Shown here one piece after another: positions 51,657 to 64,000 of a DNA stretch of 64,000 nucleotides. The position numbers and the translations under genes were made by a program. Under the pieces are notes generated by a model. The model made no database searches and was not told the DNA's origin. It saw nothing but the letters and a program-made list of their open reading frames with translations. The DNA is from Lytechinus pictus (taxonomy: Eukaryota), in NCBI RefSeq assembly GCF_037042905.1, contig NC_087250.1:16742001-16806000 (forward strand), read 5' to 3'. Positions within the stretch are counted from its first letter, which is position 1; the number at the start of each line of letters is the position of its first letter.

Positions 51657-51657
51657 T
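50648..51657. repeat. About 1-kb imperfect (TAG)n microsatellite
   Basis: Direct reading; short inverted (CTA)n blocks inside. Confidence 0.95.
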
Positions 51658-54600
51658 CGTAGTGCTAGAAAGAAAAAAAAATGATAAAGGAAGCGATCTC
51701 AATCTCATGATATGAAAGTGAACCTTTAAAACTCATATTTGTCGAAAAGAACTCATTACGGTTTACTAAAAGATAAGGTCCATTAGTTTCCCCGGAACTA
51801 CACTTCACTAATTTACTATACTGTAGCACTAATATATTCCCTTCGACATGTGTGTAGTTATATAATATTGACTGGCCTTGAGGGGAACATCAAATATATT
51901 CCCCACAAAAGAATCATATTGGCCCGAGTCTTTAGACGAGGGCAATATAATTGATGTTCCCCGACAGAAGAGCCAGTCATGTTATCATCCAAAACATCTA
52001 GAGCAAAATCATGAAAATTGAGATATATTTTTTTAAGAATCAGGTGCCGGGTTCTGCACTTTACCATTGTGACGTATTGTAATAACAAGATCGCGTCCCT
52101 AGGGATGCATATTCAGTGCCCCGATCAATTGTTGTAATTGACGAATGTTGTTGGTGCACGTATTCCTTTCTACGCATCCTCAAATTCCCGAACGTGAGAC
52201 CTGGAAAATACAAAGGAATATTTTCCATCGTCTCTGCATGTAAAGAAAATACGCACATAGAGAGCGAGCATAATACGATCAATATACCTATCCCTTCCCA
52301 ATATTCAGAAAATCTAGGGCAATGCGGTTTTGTAAATTTCCAGCTCAGATGTCTGATAGGGTGATAATTTGCAATACACAATCTTTTTATTTAAAGCGCA
52401 AGATACGAGAACTTTAGGGGATTCCGAAAGCGCAAGATACGAGAATCAAAATTATATTGATTATGTTGATTTAAATTTGACATGCATGTTAATTTATATT
52501 TGAATCACTTATTGAATATGTATATTATTTATTCAATGTTGAATTTTGTTCATTCTTTTATTTAAATTGAATTGATTTATCATGTAATTATTTGTATTAT
52601 GTTGAAGAAAGAAAAATAAATTGAATTGAACTAATTTTAGTAAATATATCGTAGATTGTACATCTCACCATCAATGGTATATTTAATGCCTCATATTGGA
52701 AATCAATCAACACAAATGTAATGACAAGCTCACTGCTTTCATCACCTGAAATGTTAAAGTAGCTCAAGTTCTCTCGCCAGACATTTTTAGTTTAAAAAAT
52801 GGATAAAATTATTTTCTTCCCCATTTTGCATGTTTTGGCAAAGGATGTTCAGTGATTACCCTTCCTAGAATCAAAGTTAGATGGTGATTCATATTCTTAC
52901 ATTCTTAGTGTGTCAATCAGCTCTATCATAATAAACAAAACCTTGGGAATGTTTGGACCGTATTAATATTTTTTTCGTCTTCTTGATGCAATAAGGCGTG
53001 TGAATTAAACCTAAAACATGTAAAATAAGTAATTCCGAATGTCAACATCCGCCATCTGATGGTGAATACTTTGTATTTAATTTTGCTCGTTTCATCGACA
53101 CGGAAATTTTTATTTCCGTGTTCAGAGACTTAAGAGTTTCATACAATACTCCTCTAGCGGAGTCAGTAGATTGTTCCATTTTCTTTGAGGGGGACAATGT
53201 TGCACGACCTTTTCTTTTAATAGCATGTTAATTATGATCAAAGTAAGATGTACTTTAAATTTGTGTGGCTGTGATCATGTTTGAGTGTGTGTGTTTGTCT
53301 GAGTGTGCGTTCGTTAAAGAAAGCCTGATAATGATTCTGAAGGGGGATTAAAGATATTCATACGGTGAAAATTTTGTAATGGGTTCGGCTAGTTTCATTG
53401 ACTTAGTAGTTACTCATCAACCGAAGTCAGTGGATTGTTCCTTGAATCATGTCAGTAGTGACCGAGGAAAAATGTACTTTGACTTTGTGTGGGTGAGGGT
53501 GTGCGCTTGTGTGCGCTTATGTCAAAGAGTGTGCGTTCGATAAAGAAAGCCTGTTATTTGTTCCGACGGGTGGATTAAAGAAAAGCACAGGGAAAAATAC
53601 CACCGAGTCCCACTTAATCGTTTGTTGTGCGACGAAAATTGGTGAATAAGGGATTGAAGTTCTCTGTGACCAAATTAGGAAACATTTTATTGAGTTATCA
53701 ATAGCTCTAAGGACGTACACAAATCGTGCAAGGTAAGAAAGTTCTTGTTATTTGCTTCATCACTTGTAAATGATCATATTCAATCTGTTTTGCAAGAAAT
53801 GAAATCAATATGATGATATTGAAACAAAATAATATTTGTTATAATACCATTGTTATGGGGTGTTCTACACACCTTAACATCAGATATCAAATTGAAATAA
53901 AACTTAGTGGCCTACTATTACACACACAAAAACCCAAAAAACTATTGATTTGTGAGTGATTAAAAAATATGAAAAGGGCTAATTAGTGAAAGTCGGAGCT
54001 ATGTAGTGTGCACCTCCCCCATTAATCTTAGTTTATTCCATACAAGGATATTTGTCTACACATGTATGTATGATTTTATGAAGCTTGTGGGTAAATTCAA
54101 TAATTATATTTTGAAGTATAATTTCGAAAAAAAATGCATTTATAATTAGTTTAGATCGGTTGACGTAATATTACCAGAACATAATGATTCGTAGTATTAT
54201 ATCAAAATTGCTCGTCATAGAATTCCCAAGGTATAGGCCTATAGTATATAGGCCCTATAAGATGGCATGTTTGATTAAGTTTGTCCATAGACGCACGTGA
54301 TATCTTACAAAACAAACAATTGGATGATAATTGATATTACTGCGACCACCCATCCTGGTTCATTTACCGGTTTGTTTTGAGGAAAAAATGACGACATCGT
54401 TCATTACTCTAAATTGGTATGAAGAGTAAGTCGCTTTAGTTTCACTTCCACTTCACTTGATATTGAAGTTATTTATTCGTTATTATTTATTTGTCTTGTA
54501 ACATTCTTTAACTGCAATTCTTCAGCGAGAGGCATCAAAAGGAAAAACGATAATTATATATATATATGTACATATATACAGTGTGTCCCATATGTATTGA

Positions 54601-55174
54601 AGATTCATGACCTAACTATATATTTGTCTGTAATTTCCTTAAAAGATACCAGATTTTGATTTTAGAAAATTCTGGAGGGTATTTTCAAACATCTGCAAAT
54701 ATTATCTTAAAAATTCATTAACGCCTAACTTTTGTTGTGAGTCGATTGCCGTTTAAAAAATGTGACTCGCGTAACACAGGAGTGTTACTCGCGTGACAAG
54801 TATCATTTCGGTAGTAAGTTGAAGAAAAAAAATGTATACAGTAAAGCGTGCCAAATTTTCTTCAACAGAACATTTATGATCACTTGCATCCCATTTATCT
54901 TTAAAACAAAGGAATTTTAAAGTCACGCTTTGATATATCTACTTGTAAAGTTGACATGTAGGACCATAATTATATTGTAGTCCCATACGTGTTATTAATT
55001 GCATTTAACAATGACGTTTTTCTAAATGAAAGAAATCTTCAGGCCTTAATGTGACTCGTGTGACAGCTTTTAGGGTGTTTCTTTTTCATAAATGAAGGGG
55101 TTTTACAGTTGGTAATCTTCTTTGCTGGTTTGACTTAGGCTCCTTACTTTTATCAACTACAAAATCAACTCCAA

Positions 55175-56560
55175 GCACTTTGGCAAGAAATAAAATTCAT
55201 GCCGAAGCACGACACGGTTTCCGACAAGGGTTATCAACTGTAACACAACTTACCTCGGTAGTCCATGAGTGGTCTCAAACACTTCAAAGTCGTAGTCAGT
55301 CTGATGCTGTTTTTCTGGATTTCCAGAAAGCCTTCGACAGGGTAGCGCATGAACGTCTTTCCATCAAACTACAATATTATGGCATCTCTGGGGATTCTCT
55401 CAACTGGATCCGTGCTTTTTTATTGGAAGGTCACAGTCAGGTTGATGGGAGCCAATCGACATCATGGAAGGGTGTCTCATCAGGAGTACCGCAGGGTTCA
55501 GTTATCGGCCCTACTCTCTTCCTACTCTATATCAATGACATCAAAAATAACATTTCATCATCCATACGTCTCTTTGCTGGTGATTGTGTAATCTTTCGTG
55601 AAATTTCATCAGACTCTGACTACAATGCTTTGTAACAGGACCTTCGTACTTAAACTACATGGTCATAATTTTGGCTCATGCACTTTAGCGTTAAAAAATG
55701 TGGTGTGATGTCTTTTACTCGGAAACCAATATCACATCCAGGATTATATTGTCCCAAGAGTCTCGGAGGATCCTGTATAAGTACCTGGGAGTAACTGTAT
55801 ACCAGATCTTCGCTGGAATTGACATTGCCAAAATATCCGGCAAAAAGCCAGCAAGACCTTAGGACTTATCCGTCGAACTCTCTTGCCATGCTCAAGAGAA
55901 GTGAAGTCGAGAGCTTAAACAGCTCTGGTTCGACCCCAGCTTGAATACGCCTCAGAGGCTTGGAATCCCTACACCTTGACTGCCATCAGAAACCTTGAGC
56001 AAGTGCAAAGAACAGCAGTTCGATTTGTTGCCCATGACTACAGGGGTCTACGTCATCCTCACACATGTTGTCTGCTCACGGATGGGACACACTACATCAT
56101 CGGCGACTCCTGGACCAATGCTCTCTTCTTTTCAAGATTCACTACAGACTGGTCAACATGCCAATGCCAGCTATAGTCACTCTGGCAACATATCTTGCAA
56201 GGAAGGACCAAAGACTGAAATTTGCTGTGCCGAAATCGTCTATTGATTCCTACAAATACTCCTTCTTCCCAAGGACAATCCGAATATGAAAACACCTGCC
56301 TGGCGAAGTTGTATATACAAACAGGTTTACCAGCATTCAAAGAGGCTGCCGCGCTTCCCATTATTAGAAGTCTGCAGCCTCCAACCAGATCTCTTGTTCT
56401 TTAAGATGTATCCAGGCTTTTACTTGCACATTGCACTCTCCTTTTATTGAAAATTAGAGATCTTCACAATGACACTAATCTTTCACAACATATTGCAAAG
56501 TTCATTCCAGTTTAGCGTTTTGGAGCTGCAAGAGGAATTATCTCATCAAGTATCAAGTAA
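55175..56560 (+). mobile_element. 5'-truncated decayed CR1/L2-group LINE (RT and 3' end)
   Basis: HGFRQGLSTVTQL, FLDFQKAFDRV, SGVPQGSVIGPTLFLLYIND, RLFAGDC, YKYSFFPRTI; stops and frameshifts; (TCAAGTA)2 tail near 56546. Confidence 0.9.
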
Positions 56561-56908
56561 AATACTAGTAAATACTTTTTAAGTAAACTAAACTACGGAT
56601 GTATTTTTGTGACTCACGTGCCACATTTCGAAGCTGATTTGAACTTGAAATATTGGTAAACGTGGTAAAAAAAAGTGCAAAAAAAAATTATTAGGTTAAA
56701 ATGGCTATAAGATTAGACAGAATACAAAAAATGATGTGTTTACAGACAACAGAACACGGTTTCATTAGTGTAATTAAAAAATGACAAAAAGACAATACTT
56801 TTTTATGCAAATTTGACATCTCTTTAGGATCGTGTAACTCGGTCATTTGTGGGTGAAAGCCAATGAACAATCAGATTTTCACCATTTAGACACGTAACAC
56901 GTTAACTT

Positions 56909-57841
56909 CACTCTAAAAAAAGGAAGTGTTAAGTGTTAATTTAGCTCTTAAAGTGATGGTCAGTGCTGAAAATATTTATACTTTTATTTATAGAGTAAAA
57001 TTAACTGAGCAAAATGCCGAAAATTTCATCAAAATCGGATAACAAATAATAAAGTTATTGAAGTTTAAAGTTAAGCAATATTTTGTAAAAACAGTCGTCA
57101 TGAATATTCATGAGGTGGGCTGATGATGTTACATCCCCACTCCCCGTTCACTGTAAAAACTGAAGTGCTATTTTAGCACTTACAGTGCTTGTATAGTGAC
57201 TGCACTACGGAGTGCTGATTTTTTAGTTCAAATTCAAACTAGAAAATCAGCACCCGAAGTGCAGTCACTATCCAAGCACTGTAAGTGCTAAATTAGCACT
57301 TCATTTTTTACAGTGTTTTCTTATGTTATTACATAAAATCATAATTTCTTCATTATTTCATACTTGTGTGAATAATATGTCTCCCTTATAATGAAATAAG
57401 TTGCAGCAATAAATATCTAATGCACTATTCAGTTTTCACTCCAATTTTTCTAGTTCTTAGAGAAAAAATTTAAATAAACCTAATTTCATATAATAAAATA
57501 CAAAAGAACAAGTAGGGATGTGACATCATCAGCCCACCTAATGAATATTCATGACAACTGTTTTCACAAAATATTGCTAAACTTTAAAATTCAATAACTT
57601 TGTTATTTGTTATCCGGTTTTGATGAAATTTTCGGCATTTTGCTCAGTGAATTCTACTCTATTTATTAAGCTATAAATAAATACTTTCAGCCCGGACCAT
57701 CCCTTAAGGGGCTTGTATGGTGACTGCACTTCGGACTGCTGATGTGTCTAGTGCAAATTTGAATGAGAAAAATTTGCACTCCAAGGGGCAGTAGTCACTG
57801 CAAAAGCTCCTTAAGAGCTAAATTAGCACTTCATTTTTTAT
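56909..57841. mobile_element. Triple nest: CACT-MITE containing a TTAA Kolobok-like MITE (56952-57703) containing a CACTG-MITE (57149-57315)
   Basis: TIRs visible at each level; TTAA and TT target duplications for the inner two. Confidence 0.75.
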
Positions 57842-58568
57842 GTATTTATGTATTTTTTTTGTACATACATCATAATTTCATACACAAAATTAATGAATAT
57901 GATAGTACATAGCTGACAAAAAGTTTGTTGTAAAAGTGACAGCTAACTTCTAAAAAAAAAAAATTGGAAGGGTTTGAGGAATATCCATCACAAAAAATGA
58001 AAAAAAAAGTTAGTAGAATTTGAATTATTTGATTTGCGACGTCATATGCGAGCAGCATTTCTAATTATCGTATGGTAAAAAAAAAATGAAATGTCGTTTT
58101 CTCAGGAAATTGAAAATGGTTTTATGGTACCTTCAGTATGTCAACACACAAATGATTTCACACCCGCTCCAATAAAAATAAAAAAAATCATTTCGACGTT
58201 TATGACGTCACAAATAAAAATGAAATTCTGATAACTTTGTTAATTTTCGATGGTACTTCCTCAAACCTTCACCGATATTTGTTATTATTTTTTTCTGCTA
58301 TTTTTTACAACATAGTTTTCGTCAGAGTGAACTTCCTCTCTATTCTATTCTTGCATCAAATAAACTAATTGCACATTCAAACTGAAGAAATATTTTGTTC
58401 GGACTCGAGTAGTATCGTTTGTTACTGAGTTAATTATTCGACTTTGACCCATTTGGGTATATACATATAAATATTAGGCACTACGGATCGAAACCTCTTT
58501 TAAGGTTTGATAACCCTGCCCCTAGGGCCTATCCCATTCCAATCCATTAAATAATATGTCTGTTTTAA

Positions 58569-59151
58569 AGGAGAATGAAACCTTTGGAACAAGATAGCTT
58601 GTGTGAAAAAAGATAAATCAAAGCAACAGATCAACGAAAGTTTGAGAAAAATCGAAAAAATTATGAGAAAGTTATGAGCACTTGAATATTGCGATCACTA
58701 TGCTATGGAGATCTTCAAATTGGTAATGCGACAAAGATGTGTGATGTCACTTGTGAACAACTCTCCCCATTACTTTAGTATATATTTCACTTAAACTGCC
58801 TCTTTTATCACATCTAGCAGTAGATCATGTGTTCTTTCTGTAGGAGGGCATGTAATACAGATTAAAAAAAATACATCATGGATAAAGATTTTGTATCACC
58901 ATGAGAAAAAACTAAAAGAGACATTTTAGCGGTATTTTATAGTCCATCAAAGGGAAAGTTGTTCACATGTGACATCACACATCCTTGTCGCATTGCCAAT
59001 GAAAGGATCTCCATATTATTAGTGATAGCATTATTCAAATGCTCATAACTTTCTTATTACTTGTCCGATTTTTCTTAAACTGTCTTTGTTCTTATTCTTT
59101 TATTTTTCTGTCATGACACAAGCCCATTTGTTCAAAAGGTTTCATTCCCAT
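58569..59151. mobile_element. Palindromic Kolobok-like MITE
   Basis: ttaa|AGGAGAATGAAACCTTTG...CAAAAGGTTTCATTCCC; long internal inverted repeat. Confidence 0.7.
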
Positions 59152-60206
59152 TGAATGACTGTAAATCAACCAGTGGACGGATGCTCGATGGATATAAAGC
59201 TAATGAAACACTAATGCAGAGTACACAACAGATACATAACGTTTTCCAACGGATGGCAAGATTCTTTCCGTTTTACATCCTCTCTGAATTCCGTAAGTGC
59301 AATGTGAGTGATTTCATTGTTCGCCCATTTTGTCCATTGTCTGGAGCGGATGAAAACGGATGGAGCCACCCCGAAATTGTGCTTGTCCGCTGTATCCGTT
59401 ATGAATACGTTTTGTGTCCGTCGGTCAGTGGGACCAGGCCTTTAGAACGAAAGAACTTAATATTGAAAACAGAAAGATATTATATTATACCACTTGTTTC
59501 TTTGCTTTTATTGTCCGAACGCCCTCCCCCACCCTACACCAGTGACCACACATGTGTGCTTTTCGAATATACCAGGACATTGTCATGCAAAAGGTGCAGC
59601 TTTCGATTGATATATTTCACAAGACAGTCAACATGGTCAATACACTTTATAGGAAAACTTAGTAACGTTCGAGGTATAAGCTGAAAACAACTAGTATCTT
59701 GCCTTTATTTACTTCTTTTGATCTCCATCGGTTTTCTTTGAAGCAAAACAATCAGAATTAAAACGAATGACATGTATTATTTATGTATGTTTCGTTCTCG
59801 TAATTACCAAATAACAGTTTGAGTGTTCAAATGCGACTCTTATAGGTCTTTTTAGAAGTTATGTGTGTAATTAATGTTAAGACTGCAGACTCGCCTATTT
59901 AGACCCCATTTGGAATGGTTATATATATGAGTTTTGAACTTTGATCACTGCTCTAAACTTTTTTTTATTTAATGAAAGGGGAGAATCAGATTAGAAGTAC
60001 TGCATGGAAATTCATTCCTCGCAATTGACACATTTCAAAGCACTGATTTTTTTCTCTCACTCTATTGTGGGTGTCAACATTGTGCTAACCTAGGTAAATT
60101 TTGTGATACATATTCATTTTCTTCTAAGATAATAAAGAAGACATGCTAAATTTGCCTTTATAAGTGTTTGGGAATAGTATGATCACGATACCTAATCTGC
60201 ACACTA

Positions 60207-60449
60207 CACTGCAAAAACTCCAGTGTTGATTTAACACCAGCCCGGAATCTATATATGTCCACACCAGAGAAGTATTGAAACAACACCAGTTTGGAATCAA
60301 ACCAATTCTGTTTTAAAACTAATTGGTGTTGTATAAATACCTATCTGGTGTTAGACTTATACCCAAACCGGTGTTGTTTAACTTTTCTCTGGTGTGGTCA
60401 TATATAGATTCCGGGCTAGTGTTAAATCAACACCGGGGTTTTTGCAGTG
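60207..60449. mobile_element. CACTG-terminal palindromic MITE
   Basis: Long TIRs; TA on both flanks. Confidence 0.85.
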
Positions 60450-62191
60450 TACCTAATCAGCATGTAGTAAGAGCCAGATAAGGGCGAGTGGCATTACTAG
60501 TTTTGTCCTACAATAATTCTTGAATTGCTAATTTTCTCGTGACAGAATTCTTTGTAAATAAGTTTGTGACCATAGGTTTGTAAGTGTAGTTTCAGTTATG
60601 ATGAATACCGCTTCTACAGTAAACAAAGTCATGGCGAATTTCTGTAGATTTATCATGTAGCTATAGGTAATGGACAGTGCATGCTGACTTCAACAAACAG
60701 GTGTCATATAAGTGAAACTACTCATTTTTCTCAAGGACCGAAGAAAGGTTTTAAAAGTGCGGGGGGGGGGGGGGGGCTGACCATGCAAAAAAATAACAAT
60801 CAGATAGTAATTTTTACATTTTTGTAAACTGCTTTGGGGAAAAGTGAAATTTGCTTCAATTATTTAATTATTTTTTACGCTTTTTACGAAAGCTTTTGCA
60901 TATTTTCAAGGACATCCACACACATGCACCCGCTCCCCCATCTGAATACAAAGTAATATGATTGCAAGGGGTCCTATCCCATTTAAAAGCACATTGGTGG
61001 TGATCCTACGAATTTTATGAACTTGTTTGTACTCAAAGCGAAGGTGTTTATTGATTGGTAAAATTTAAATTGACTGAATTGTGATTCTTGAATATAATAA
61101 ATCAATTCATTCATGTGTAGAATTTCAAATGATAGATATTAAAATTTTAATCAAGAAATTGCTATGTAATTCTCCATTCCTTAATAGTTTTACCCAATCA
61201 ATTGCATTTAATATCCTTTGGTGTATGTCTACATTCCGCAGTCCAATCTGATTACGTACATTCAGTGTCTTTTTAGCAGTATGAAGTGAAAAAAAATGTG
61301 CTGAAATGATCATTGTCTTTGTTTTTCTTCATAATGCTGGTCAAATTGTTCTAAGTTTTTAAAGCTTCTAGAACCAAGCCCAAATATAAACCAACTTTTT
61401 CTTTCATTTTGCCTGTCAACTGGACCTTTTAAAAGCCAGACTATGATGTTCTTAAGTTCCACAGGGAACAATCATTTTAATATAGGTTCCACAATGAGCA
61501 AGTTGCTCTATATACTGCCAACGCCGAGTTTTGATCATTGGACTTCATTGAGGGATTGCATGTGCATCTCCACATAGTATTTTACCAATGTAGTATTGCT
61601 CCTATCTTCCAGTTTCTTTTACCAGTTCATCAAGTCATTCCTATCCACATTGGTAGCCGTCGGGGTCTTGCTGAATGAAAAATTGTCAGTTCTCCTACCT
61701 TAGGGGTTCCTCAAGATTACTTTATTGGGAAGGCAATAACGATGATAATCATGTTTCTTTTTAAGTCATTCAATTTAATACTGTCGAAGCAGTTCGATCC
61801 AAGTCATCAAGTTTGCGTTCTTTAGACATGTTCAATTCTCTTGTCAGAGGTTCGTGGAGAAAACCAGACTCTTAGACTACAGGGAGATCTGCTGTTTGAC
61901 GAGATTTGAGGTGTTAAAATGCCGGTAGTGTAACTTTCCCATACTACAGTCAATTCCAATACAATGTGCATCCCCTTGGTCATTTGTCGAACCACGATTA
62001 GTTGACATCTTCATACGATATTTTTTTTCTGTTAACTAATAAAGTTATTATTTCTGCGGATAATAGGTTCCTAGCATGTTTGGTCTTCTAGTTGGTGATT
62101 ATCAATCCACATGTTTTGTCCGGTGTTATCGCCAATTGCATCCAATGGCTCTGTAGGCTACTGGTGGGTCTGCAATGGCATCATCAGTGTA

Positions 62192-62436
62192 CACAGCAAA
62201 AACTGTGGTGTTAACCTGTGTGCATAGAGGACCACACCAGTTATTTTACATCGGTGTTAAATTGACAGTGTTAGTTTAACACCTATAGGTGTTATTACAA
62301 CACCTTTGGTTGTCACATCAACACCCTTTGGTGTTGGTCTTATGTCCAATCCCTAGGGTGTAATTTTAACACCTCAGGGTGTGGTCCTCTATTAACACCA
62401 ACTGGTGTAAATTTTAACACCTCAGTTTTTACAGTG
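62192..62436. mobile_element. CAC(A/T)G-terminal MITE inside the RTE fragment
   Basis: ta|CACAGCAAAAACTG...CAGTTTTTACAGTG|ta. Confidence 0.75.
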
Positions 62437-62612
62437 TATGTAGGTAATTTATTCGATTATAAATGTATAGACAGGAAAATCCCTTTCTTTATACTTACCT
62501 TCTTCATCACGAGATGTATTGCCTATAACGAAACGAATCGGTGAAAGTATGCAACCTTGACGCACTTCTGTCAGTACCTTTAACCAGTCACTATAACCAT
62601 CTTCTCTCCTGA

Positions 62613-63021
62613 AGGCGACCGCACACCTTACGACTGGTCTGCGACCCGATTTCAGAATAAGATGTTGTAGAATTTGATGCTAATATTGAGACTTGGAATA
62701 TCATACTGTGTAATGTTATAAATCATCGTACGAATACCTATGATCAAATCTGTGACTTTGCTATCATCCTTCTTAGAATAAAAGATAATTTAATATCTAG
62801 TCGTAATGACGTCACAGCAGTCGTACGATTGGCTACGATTTGAAACTAATTTGGCCTTTACTCCAAAATAAAGGCTTTCAATCTTTCAAAATGATTATAA
62901 GATTATTCTTTCAATTAATTTTAACCTCAAATAAAATGATATGTTCCATTCACATCTTCAGAAAATGAGCAAAATGTTCCAAAATCAGATCGCGAACAGT
63001 CGTAAGGTGTGCGGTGGCCTT
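62613..63021. mobile_element. Harbinger-like MITE inside the RTE fragment
   Basis: AGGCGACCGCACACCTTACGAC...GTCGTAAGGTGTGCGGTGGCCT TIRs. Confidence 0.75.
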
Positions 63022-64000
63022 TACACAACACCATAAACTATCAAAGATTGTATTGATGGTAGGGGCATAGTTAACGAGAGACCGTAAGAAGTGAACACCT
63101 TTATATTACACTGTTTATGTTATCAAATGCATTGCTGCTAAAATCAATTAAAGTTCATTGCAATGGGAATCTGGAGTTCCTAGCACTTTTCAATCATAGT
63201 ACGCGGTGTGAACATTTGCTCAGCACAAGTTTAGCTGGAAACCTGCTTATTCTTGATCTTGTTTTATAATTTCCTGTTATATATAAATGATTGTTTCGAA
63301 AACGACTATAATCTTCAGCTATCACTTTGATAGTTGACTCGGGAAAATGCATCCTCAGAAAAATAAAATAAATAAATAACGAGCAGGGTAATGACCCAGA
63401 AAAAGATTGAGTGATCCAGTAATGACAGACCCATTGCCTTGATTGCAAATTGTTATTTGCAGAGTTAGCTGCAATTATTGCAGATCTGATGGGAGCTGAA
63501 GTGAACTGAAAGATATGATTTTGCTACAAGGATGTACAAGCAAAAGTATAATACATGTATTGGCGTTATACATTACATTGCATAAGTCACACGTTTATTT
63601 GATTATTACGTAAGTTGGCCTATCTATTACCTAATTATGGATATGATGAACATGTTAATATATCTAATTCAATTAATCTAATTTCAACATGATTATTAGT
63701 TCATCAATCTATATTTAGTATTTTTGTTGTAGGTTCATGTAATTGTATCATTGTCATGATTATAAGATCAGTATCAGTGTGCTCTTAGGCATGCCTGATG
63801 CTCCTTGCAAGCATACTACTTTGTATACAGATGTGGGTGCATGTGTGTGCGTTTTTGTTTACTCCTGAATACAAATTAAAAATTGTGGTAAAAACGATTG
63901 TCAAATCATTCAATCATTAAAGCTTGATATATGTATTGCCTTCGACAAAATCATAAGCAGTTGTTGAAAGATCTCGTTAAAACAAATGTACAAAACAAAT

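Larger units (their letters stand above)
62050..63450 (-). mobile_element. Highly decayed RTE-like LINE RT fragment, interrupted by two MITEs
   Basis: Minus-strand AGFQ..CAEQMFT..IEKC*ELQIPIAMNF.IDF..AFD, DWLKVLTEVRQGCILSP and a YTDD motif next to the MITE at 62192; boundaries approximate. Confidence 0.75.

Noticed and set aside
50422..51715. Poly-Ser/Val/Leu/Tyr ORFs
   Set aside because: They are translations of the (TAG)n microsatellite.
59151..59684. 177-aa ORF
   Set aside because: It starts at TTG, overlaps a MITE remnant and has no recognisable domain.
62499..62608. Apparent minus-strand exon with a strong gtaagt donor
   Set aside because: It translates as the LINE RT motif VRQGCILSP, so it is part of the RTE fragment and not an RFX6 exon.

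Overview
AT-rich, repeat-dense eukaryotic DNA; the repeat families look echinoderm (sea-urchin-like), which is an inference. It holds two convergent protein-coding genes. On + are the last two coding exons of SNRNP35 (U11/U12 snRNP 35K; 1276-2902) with a very long Arg/Asp/Glu tail. On - is a near-complete RFX6 orthologue: 16 well-supported coding exons from 32073 down to the stop at 6322, plus a tentative 7-nt ATG exon at 37755-37761, giving about 908 aa. The rest is intron and intergenic DNA with many MITEs (often nested), tRNA-derived SINEs, two decayed LINEs and a 1-kb (TAG)n tract. The most notable observations are: (1) a Transib/RAG-like non-autonomous transposon with RSS-like ends and a 5-bp TSD confirmed by an empty-site copy in the window; (2) a 404-bp tandem-plus-inverted element between (TA)n tracts that carries an intact cloverleaf tRNA with a UCA anticodon; (3) RFX X-box motifs inside RFX6, some carried by MITEs; (4) a decayed duplicate of an RFX6 exon. 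All calls were made by eye; no searches were run.
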